Source: Eledone cirrhosa
Taxonomy: Eukaryota
DNA: 64,000 nucleotides
Assembly (NCBI GenBank): GCA_964016885.1
Contig: OZ024746.1
Coordinates: forward strand, 92,008,001 to 92,072,000
Direction of reading: 5' to 3'
Shown: in pieces, positions 54,050-64,000 of the stretch
Position numbering within the stretch: position 1 is the stretch's first letter
Layout: each line of letters starts with the position of its first letter
The notes under the pieces: model-generated
The model's database searches: none
What the model was told of the DNA's origin: nothing
Seen by the model: only the letters and a program-made list of their open reading frames with translations
Translations under genes and position numbers: made by a program

Positions 54050-54054
<5 letters not shown>
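53371..54054 (+). mobile_element. Non-coding 1.5-mer tandem element (465-bp period) with hammerhead; retrozyme or PLE pseudo-LTR
   Basis: 219-bp direct repeats 53371-53589 and 53836-54054 (one mismatch seen), ending in (TA)n. Confidence 0.75.
53785..53829 (+). ncRNA. Canonical minimal type I hammerhead ribozyme
   Basis: AATATTG-CTGATGA-GATGT aaca ACATC-GAAA-CTAG-TC-CAATATT; perfect core with GUC cleavage triplet. Confidence 0.9.
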
Positions 54055-54102
<48 letters not shown>

Positions 54103-55887
54103 AAAAACAATAATGAGTGCATGGATAATTCAGAGTTCAAAATAATGTCTATAATAATTTTTAGTTTGGATATTTTCTCTATATTTGAATCATATATATA
54201 GAAATGTGGTAGGTATATTTAAAAATATTTAAAAATATATAAAATATAATATATAACTACATACATATTATAATACATTATATTATAAATAAGAGATCGC
54301 AGGAAAAATTCACATTTATATATAAGTTTGAATCTGTCTTAAATTTTAGATTTTAAAGTGCAGTAAATATATTTAAAAGAAATATATGCATATACTATAT
54401 TATATTATACTATAAATAAGAGATTAAAAACTCATTAAAAATTCACAGTTATAGATAAGTTTCATAAAAATTTATGGATTGGGTATTAAACTAAAATTTA
54501 AAAGAGATCAAAAATGTATTAAAAATTCACAGTTATAGATAAATTCCATAAATATGTAAGGATTAGGTGTTATACTAAATTATAAGCATAGATAGGAAGA
54601 TAGATAGAGAAATAAAGAAATAAAGAAATGATGGTATTGATCAAAGTTAACAAAATAGTGTTGTGTGTGTCAATGTTCCGGCATGTTATTGAACAAGTGT
54701 CATTCATTCAAGCGTTGTTTCTTCTATAGATAGCTATAAAATAAAGCAATATTAAAGGCCATTAATGTTTTTCACTGTTGATTATATATTCCTGGTAACC
54801 GAGTTATTATTGGTTTGGTGTTATTGCCTCTTTTTTTTCTCGTTTTATTTGAGGCTAAAAAAGTGGACGTAGTTTTATGGAGGCAACTAGAGAATAATTC
54901 ACTTTTTTTGTTAATTAGGGTCTCATGATTATTAATAATCAATAGGGTCTCCATTGTACAGAGCGGGCAGTTATTTGATATACTAGAGTTGCGGTAAATT
55001 CCACAGTTCCGAAGTTTTGTCCAAAGAACGGAGTATTTTAAATTCTTCTCTTTTAATGACCATATGAGCTGTTTTAAAGACGTGGATGATTTCCTCTTAG
55101 AGTTCGAGAATGAGCATTTATGGTCTTTGAATGTGGACGAGGTCGAACCAATGTAGTTGTATGTTTTGTGATCAGTTTTTACGGTGCATTTATAAACCAA
55201 ATTACTATCTAAACAATTATTTTGCAAAAGGCAATTAGTTTTATTTCTACAATTACATATTGGTTTAGTATCATTTATGTTAACTCTATTATTATGATCA
55301 TTATGCTGGTTTGGTTTTAGGATTTTGGCGTTTAATTTAGCAATGTTTTGGGCCATGTTACTGGTTGTAGAATTTGAGAATTTAATGGTATGTCTATTAA
55401 AAATGGAATGGTATTTATGTTGAGTAGGGAAAGAGGTGTCAAGAGCTTTAAAAAATAATTTTGCAATTGGTGTTTTAACTGCGACCGAAGCAGGGGGAGC
55501 AAACCATATGACTGGTTTAGATCTAGTTCGTATTCTCGATTTATTTAGCGTATGGGTGTTTGAATTATAATTATTAGAGTTTCTCTTATATATGTTATTA
55601 TTTTTATTATTATTATTATTAGGAATAATACTTGGATTATTATTATCTACATATTCTATATTATTCATATATCCTGCTCTTTTTAACGCGTTGTTGTAGT
55701 ATTCAGCGTTTTTATCAAATATATCTTTATTAGCTGATATTTTATTAATATTTGATCAAAAGAACATCTATTTTATTAATATTTATATTTTAATATTAAT
55801 AACTCCGGAAAATTTCTTTTTCGTAGAGTGCCTCCAATCTATTGTAAAACTCATTCTTTGACATAATCATTGAATATCGTTTAACAC

Positions 55888-55953
<66 letters not shown>

Positions 55954-55982
55954 GAAAGGTATAGAAAACATTGTAGCGAAAA

Positions 55983-56028
<46 letters not shown>

Positions 56029-56092
56029 TGCCCCGTTTCCATAATGACGTGAGATAAAAAAAAATGTTTCGCCGCTAGAAATTAGCCCAAGA

Positions 56093-59000
56093 CTTGTGTA
56101 AAGTATAGAGACGTGTGTGAAATATAGAGACGTGTGTGATATATAGAGACGTGTGTGAGATATAGAGACGTGTGTGAAATATAGAGACGTGTGTAAAGTA
56201 TAGAGACGTGTGTGATATATAGAGACGTGTGTGAAATATAGAGACGTGTGTGATATATAGAAACGTGTGTGAAATATAGAGACGTGTGTGAAATATAGAG
56301 ACGTGTGTAAAGTATAGAGACGTGTGTGAGATATAGAGACGTGTGTGAGATATAGAGACGTGTGTGATATATAGAGACGTGTGTGATATATAGAGACGTG
56401 TGTGATATATAGAGACGTGTGTGAAATATAGAGACGTGTGTGATATATAGAGACGTGTGTGAGATATAGAGACGTGTGTGAAATATAGAGACGTGTGTAA
56501 AGTATAGAGACGTGTGTGATATATAGAGACGTGTGTGAGATATAGAGACGTGTGTGATATATAGAGACGTGTGTGAGATATAGAGACGTGTGTGAAATAT
56601 AGAGACGTGTGTGATATATAGAGACGTGTGTAAAGTATAGAGACGTGTGTGATATATAGAGACGTGTGTGATATATAGAGACGTGTGAGAGATATAGAGA
56701 CGTGTGTGAAATATAGAGACGTGTGTAAAGTATAGAGACGTGTGTGATATATAGAGACGTGTGTGAAATATAGAGACGTGTGTAAAGTATAGAGACGTGT
56801 GTGAGATATAGAGACGTGTGTGAAATATAGAGACGTGTGTGATATATAGAGACGTGTGTGATATATAGAGACGTGTGTGAGATATAGAGACGTGTGTGAA
56901 ATATAGAGACGTGTGTAAAGTATAGAGACGTGTGTGATATATAGAGACGTGTGTGAAATATAGAGACGTGTGTGAGATATAGAGACGTGTGTGATATATA
57001 GAGACGTGTGTGAGATATAGAGACGTGTGTGAGATATAGAGACGTGTGTGAGATATAGAGACGTGTGTCAGATATAGAGACGTGTGTGATATATAGAGAC
57101 GTGTGTGAGATATATAGACGTGTGTGATATATAGAGACGTGTGTCAGATATATAGACGTGTGTGATATATAGAGACGTGTGTGAGATATATAGACGTGTG
57201 TGAGATATAGAGACGTGTGTCAGATATAGAGACGTGTGTGATATATAGAGACGTGTGTGAGATATATAGACGTGTGTAAGATATATAGAGACGTGTGTGA
57301 GATATATAGACGTGTGTGATATATAGAGACGTGTGTGAGATATAGAGACGTGTGTGAAATATAGAGACGTGTGTGAGATATATAGACGTGTGTGAGATAT
57401 ATAGAGACGTGTGTGAGATATAGAGACGTGTGTAAAGTATAGAGACGTGTGTGATATATAGAGACGTGTGTGATATATAGAGACGTGTGTAAGATATAGA
57501 GACGTGTGTGATATATAGAGACGTGTGTGATATATAGAGACGTGTGTAAGATATAGAGACGTGTGTGAGATATAGAGATGTGTGTAAAGTATAGAGACGT
57601 GTGTGAAATATAGAGACGTGTGTGATATATAGAGACGTGTGTGAAATATAGAGACTTGTGTGAAATATAGAGACGTGTGTGATATATAGAGACGTGTGTA
57701 AGATATATAGAGACGTGTGTGAGATATAGAGACTTGTGTAAAGTATAGAGACTTGTGTGAAATATAGAGACGTGTGTGATATATAGAGACGTGTGTGAGA
57801 TATAGAGACGTGTGTAAGCTATAGAGACGTGTGTGATATATAGAGACTTGTGGGAAATATAGAGACTTGTGTGAGATATAGAGACGTGTGTAAAATATAG
57901 AGACGTGTGTGAGATATAGAGACGTGTGTGAGATATAGAGACGTGTGTAAAGTATAGAGACGTGTGTGATATATAGAGACGTGTGTGAGATATAGAGACG
58001 TGTGTAAAATATAGAGACGTGTGTGAGATATAGAGACGTGTGTGAAATATAGAGACGTGTGAGGTATAGAGACGTGTGTGATATATAGAGACGTGTGTGA
58101 TATATAGAGACGTGTGTGAGATATAGAGACGTGTGTGAAATATAGAGACGTGTGTGATATATAGAGACGTGTGTGAGATATAGAGACGTGTGTGAGATAT
58201 AGAGACGTGTGTGAAATATAGAGACGTGTGTAAAGTATAGAGACGTGTGTGATATATAGAGACGTGTGTGAGATATAGAGACGTGTGTGAGATATAGAGA
58301 CGTGTGTGAAATATAGAGACGTGTGTAAAGTATAGAGACGTGTGTGATATATAGAGACGTGTGTGAAATATAGAGACGTGTGTGAGATATAGAGACGTGT
58401 AAGCTATAGAGACGTGTGTGATATATAGAGACTTGTGGGAAATATAGAGACTTGTGTGAGATATAGAGACGTGTGTAAAATATAGAGACGTGTGTGAGAT
58501 ATAGAGACGTGTGTGAGATATAGAGACGTGTGTAAAGTATAGAGACGTGTGTGAGATATAGAGACGTGTGTGAGATATAGAGACGTGTGTAAAATATAGA
58601 GACGTGTGTGAGATATAGAGACGTGTGTGAAATATAGAGACGTGTGAGGTATAGAGACGTGTGTGATATATAGAGACGTGTGTGATATATAGAGACGTGT
58701 GTGAGATATAGAGACGTGTGTGAAATATAGAGACGTGTGTGATATATAGAGACGTGTGTGAGATATAGAGACGTGTGTGAGATATAGAGACGTGTGTGAA
58801 ATATAGAGACGTGTGTAAAGTATAGAGACGTGTGTGATATATAGAGACGTGTGTGATATATAGAGACGTGTGTGAGATATAGAGACATGTGTGAAATATA
58901 GAGACGTGTGTAAAGTATAGAGACGTGTGTGATATATAGAGACGTGTGTGAAATATAGAGACGTGTGTGAGATATAGAGACGTGTGTGATATATAGAGAC

Positions 59001-60852
59001 GTGTGTGAGATATAGAGACGTGTGTGAGATATAGAGACGTGTGTGAGATATAGAGACGTGTGTCAGATATAGAGACGTGTGTGATATATAGAGACGTGTG
59101 TGAGATATATAGACGTGTGTGATATATAGAGACGTGTGTCAGATATATAGACGTGTGTGATATATAGAGACGTGTGTGAGATATATAGACGTGTGTGAGA
59201 TATAGAGACGTGTGTCAGATATAGAGACGTGTGTGATATATAGAGACGTGTGTGAGATATATAGACGTGTGTAAGATATATAGAGACGTGTGTGAGATAT
59301 ATAGACGTGTGTGATATATAGAGACGTGTGTGAGATATAGAGATGTGTGTGAAATATAGAGACGTGTGTGAGATATATAGACGTGTGTGAGATATATAGA
59401 GACGTGTGTGAGATATAGAGACGTGTGTAAAGTATAGAGACGTGTGTGATATATAGAGACGTGTGTGATATATAGAGACGTGTGTAAGATATAGAGACGT
59501 GTGTGATATATAGAGACGTGTGTGATATATAGAGACGTGTGTAAGATATAGAGACGTGTGTGAGATATAGAGATGTGTGTAAAGTATAGAGACGTGTGTG
59601 AAATATAGAGACGTGTGTGATATATAGAGACGTGTGTGAAATATAGAGACTTGTGTGAAATATAGAGACGTGTGTGATATATAGAGACGTGTGTGAGATA
59701 TAGAGACTTGTGTAAAGTATAGAGACTTGTGTGAAATATAGAGACGTGTGTGATATATAGAGACGTGTGTAAAGTATAGAGACTTGTGTGAAATATAGAG
59801 ACGTGTGTGATATATAGAGACGTGTGTGAGATATAGAGACGTGTGTAAGCTATAGAGACGTGTGTGATATATAGAGACTTGTGGGAAATATAGAGACTTG
59901 TGTGAGATATAGAGACGTGTGTAAAATATAGAGACGTGTGTGAGATATAGAGACGTGTGTGAGATATAGAGACGTGTGTAAAGTATAGAGACGTGTGTGA
60001 TATATAGAGACGTGTGTGAGATATAGAGACGTGTGTAAAATATAGAGACGTGTGTGAGATATAGAGACGTGTGTGAAATATAGAGACGTGTCAGGTATAG
60101 AGACGTGTGTGATATATAGAGACGTGTGTGATATATAGAGACGTGTGTGAGATATAGAGACGTGTGTGAAATATAGAGACGTGTGTGATATATAGAGACG
60201 TGTGTGAGATATAGAGACGTGTGTGAGATATAGAGACGTGTGTGAAATATAGAGACGTGTGTAAAGTATAGAGACGTGTGTGATATATAGAGACGTGTGT
60301 GAGATATAGAGACGTGTGTGAAATATAGAGATGTGTGAGGTATAGAGACGTGTGTGATATATAGAGACGTGTGTGATATATAGAGACGTGTGTGAGATAT
60401 AGAGACGTGTGTGAAATATAGAGACGTGTGTGATATATAGAGACGTGTGTGAGATATAGAGACGTGTGTGATATATAGAGACGTGTGTGAAATATAGAGA
60501 CGTGTGTAAAGTATAGAGACGTGTGTGATATATAGAGACGTGTGTGAGATATAGAGACGTGTGTGAAATATAGAGACGTGTGAGGTATAGAGACGTGTGT
60601 AAAATATAGAGACGTGTGTGAGGTATAGAGACGTGTGTAAAGTATAGAGACGTGTGTGATATATAGAGACGTGTGTGAAATATAGAGACGTGTGTGATAT
60701 ATAGAGACGTGTGTGAAATATAGAGACGTGTGTGATATATAGAGACGTGTGTGATATATAGAGACGTGTGTGAGATATAGAGACGTGTGTAAAGTATAGA
60801 GACGTGTGTAAAACACAGAGACGTGTGTGAAATATAAAGACGTGTGTAAAAT
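56093..60852 (-). repeat. 19-bp satellite (right arm, ~250 units)
   Basis: ATATAGAGACGTGTGTGAG units with variant types and higher-order duplication. Confidence 0.95.
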
Positions 60853-63723
60853 AGTGAGCGACGGTAATTGAATGAGTTGGTCTAATGAGTGAACAACTAA
60901 AGACACATCTTGTCCATGATTTGCACTTTACAATATAATTCCTTAGTCACTTAGTGCTAGCAGAACATATGATGTTACTTTATAACTTTGAAAGGTTTGA
61001 AGGTTGGAACGGGATAAAATCGCAGCCGTTCAGACATCAAGGAAATATTCCTGCACAAATTTGAATAGAGAGAGAGAGGGGAGGGGTAAGATAGAGAGAG
61101 AGAGTGTGTGTATGTGTGTTTGTGTGTGTGTGTGTTATAACCTAGCTAAAGAATTAAATAATAAAAAATATCTGTTCTACGCTCAATTCTTGATTGATCG
61201 CCCCAAAATTTGTTTGAAATCTCTATTTAATTGAAAACATCTTTGTTTGTTTTATTAATAGACGCATATTTAGAAACTATGGGCTTTTTTCTGTAGATAG
61301 AAAACTGTTTTTCTACAAGAGGTAAGGTGTAATAAAGATTATTTACTCGATATCTGTAAAATATGGCGATGTATAATTCAAGTGATGTTTAACAGAAGTA
61401 TGGTTGACAATATATTAAATGACAACTAACAACGATAGTGACAATAACAGGTGTCTGTTACAAGAAACATTACAGTTAGTTTTGAAATGAATCACGGTAG
61501 ATGTTCGAAGCAAACAGTTCTTCAAATCTCGTAAAAGAAAACAAAAAAGGTATTTAAAAAAACTGTGTAAGCTTTGTGATCACTATTTCGTGAAGTTTTC
61601 TGTGAGAGAATAAAATATTATTAAATTCTTAGCACGATATTGATTTTTACAATTCCGTTGGGTTTTCTCTATAAAGTAAAAGTGAGACTACAGTTAAATG
61701 TAACGATTTCTAAAAGATAAACATTACATCAAAATGACGCCATTTTAAGATGTAAGTTTATTATGTAAGCATGAAATCTGAGATTTTTTTAATGGAAAAG
61801 GGATAAGATGTGACATCTCTGCTTATTCTAAATGTATTAGCAATGTAAGTGAAAGGAATATATTTTGTTGGAAATCGTAATCATGTTGCAGAATCATTTC
61901 GTTGAAAACATACGTTTGCCTAGTGGCATCGAACACCTCCATTGTAAAACAGAAGAAGAAAAGAAAAAAGAAATATCAAAGTGCCTTGTGCAACCGAGAG
62001 AACAGTTTCCTCCGATATTAATGGCGTCTTGTTTTATATTTTAATTAAGAATTCTATGAAAGATAATGCAACCCATGAAATCCTATGTTCTGTAGTTTAG
62101 GACTACATTCAGTTAATACATATATTTGATGACATTTGCCAAGAGTCAAAGCTACCAAAAATAAATCCGCGATAATCTTGTTAAAAATTATAATTTGATA
62201 ATCATAGAAGTTCTAAATTTGAATAAGAAAATCAGACTGCTATTTATTTTTTAAATCTTGAAACTTCCACTTTTGATATCTTTAGGTTTCCGAGAAAGAG
62301 ATCGCGAACAGAATTTTAATTAATAATAATGTATTAGGTGTTTGGCAAATTGACAACCAGCACGAATCCATTCAACTGAACACAAAAGCTATTTGTTGCT
62401 TTATTTTGTTCATCAGAAAAGAAGGTGGGATTTTTTTCTCTCTCCCATTTCTGACTTGAATTAATCGTGTTGTTCTCAGTGTTCCAGATAATTCTACCAC
62501 ACGTCAATGTTGCTTCTCAAAGTGAAACGTTTCAATTAATGCTCAACAAGTAACATTTCTTTCTAAACAGTTGAAAGTACTAACGTTTGTTACACAAGCT
62601 AGACAATTACTAATAATTCAAGTATATGTCACACTTAGATTATTAACTTCTATTGAAACATTGTCGTAATAGCACTCATTCTTTGACACGTAAAGAGACA
62701 GTGTACTGCAATTTTAATATTTAACAACACCGAGTTACTTCCCTTCCTAATTGGCCATATTTTTTAAACAAAAAATACAGTGGGTTGGTAGAAATGATTT
62801 AACTCCAAACAAGATGCTTTACAGTGTTTCATTTCGTCTCTTTGCATTCTCAGTTCAAATCTTTTTGATGTCAAGGAAATAAGAGACAATAAATAATACT
62901 CCACTGGGAATGATTAAATCGACGATTGGTCTCGTGCTTTCCCAAAAGAAATTATTACTTTGAATCTATCGAACTGTCTCTAGTTGTAGTAGTGGAATCT
63001 ATATATAACTTTCTGCGATTCTGTCACAATACGTAAAGAGAGAGGAGTTGTTTGACTACCTCATACTACTCCTCTCTCTTTACGTCTGTTGCCTGTATGA
63101 ATGCATGTGTGTAAAAGGGAGGAAGGGGATGGTGAAAAAACTACGCTGTGTGTGTGTTTGTGTAAATGTATGTATGTGTAATTATGTGAATGTATGCCTG
63201 TAAGTGTGTCACACATACACACACGAGTCAGCATATGGAGAAAATTCTAGTAATTAAAAATCTTGGGGAAGGGAGAACTATCGAAAGAACTCTTTCTCCC
63301 TTTTATACATCTGATGCTTTCTCTCTGATATAAAAATATATTTTCCTTGTGAAACTAGCAAACGTTGGCCCCTAGCTTTCTAAGACTACATTGTGCTCCC
63401 ATTTCTCGGTTGAAGTAAACACTTACATCTTATTAAATGTTACAATAACCCATTTTTCTACAAATAAAGACACAGGACACCGTGTCTTTGTTTTTTTAAG
63501 AAATATTTTCGCTACCAGCTTCAAAATCTTTAGGGTACATATAAACCCCATTAAATTTAATTAGCAGTCTAACTTCAGTATCCTGGTTGTAGCCATTTCA
63601 TCCGGAACTGAGGTGTAGACATCGGAAAACTTCAACCTGAAAACAAATGTGTTATTAGATTAAATAACAGTTTCTTGCTCAGATACAAGGCTAAAAATAC
63701 TTAGAAGAGTTGATATTATCCGA

Positions 63724-63930
63724 GGATTGGCAGAATTGGTAGAGCGTCGGACAATATACTTTGTGGCATAGAGTAACATCCCTTTACGTTCTCAGTTCAA
63801 ATCCCACCGAGGTTAGCTTTGCCTTTCATCCCTACGGGGTTGATAAAATAAAGTACCAGTAATGCACTGGTGTCGATTTCATTGACTTTCCCCTTTCCCA
63901 AAATGGTTGACCTGAAACAGAAACTATTAT
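63724..63930 (+). mobile_element. SINE family A
   Basis: TGGCAGAATTGGTAGAG A box, CAGTTCAAATCCC B box, conserved body. Confidence 0.8.
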
Positions 63931-64000
63931 TAATGTCTTTCTCAAATGTGTATAACATAGAAAATGAAACGAACAAGAGTAATGTTTCAGTAAGAAACTA

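Larger units (their letters stand above)
52368..55800 (-). mobile_element. 5'-truncated PLE: GIY-YIG ORF (54772-55745), long 3' region, pseudo-LTR hammerhead and inverted terminal copy
   Basis: YYNNALKRAGY, VIWFAPP...VKT, HKYHSIFNR, CNCRNK..C.L...C...LVYKC...YIGST, CPLC..E, LINKKSEL.S.C.H. The 52368-52408 end recurs inverted at ~55752-55796. Confidence 0.8.
49300..61145. repeat. Large inverted (Foldback-like) structure
   Basis: 49300-49620 is the near-perfect reverse complement of 60848-61145; each arm continues inward as the same 19-bp satellite in opposite orientation. Confidence 0.9.

Overview
AT-rich, microsatellite-dense eukaryotic non-coding DNA. The SINE, LINE and microsatellite content suggests an animal, probably a cephalopod mollusc (inference). 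No intact host gene is recognisable, and most long ORFs in the track are translated tandem repeats. The window is a mosaic of decayed mobile elements: Penelope-like elements (PLE; RT and GIY-YIG fragments plus pseudo-LTRs), R4/Dong-type and Hero-type REL-endonuclease LINEs, RTE LINEs, two tRNA-derived SINE families, Helitrons, hAT/mariner/pogo-type MITE remnants and a 5S rRNA fragment. Four things stand out. (1) About 13 type I hammerhead-ribozyme folds from about 8 sequence families, most with short palindromic stem III and several with non-canonical cores (U3:A8, CAGAAGA, U.U stem-II closure, extra base after A9). (2) One hammerhead lies in a highly structured non-coding 465-nt repeat unit that looks like a retrozyme. 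(3) An ~11.8 kb Foldback-like inverted structure (49300-61145) whose arms carry a 19-bp satellite. (4) A 47-bp minisatellite amplified from a Helitron helicase coding segment. All assignments were made by eye, without database searches or folding software.
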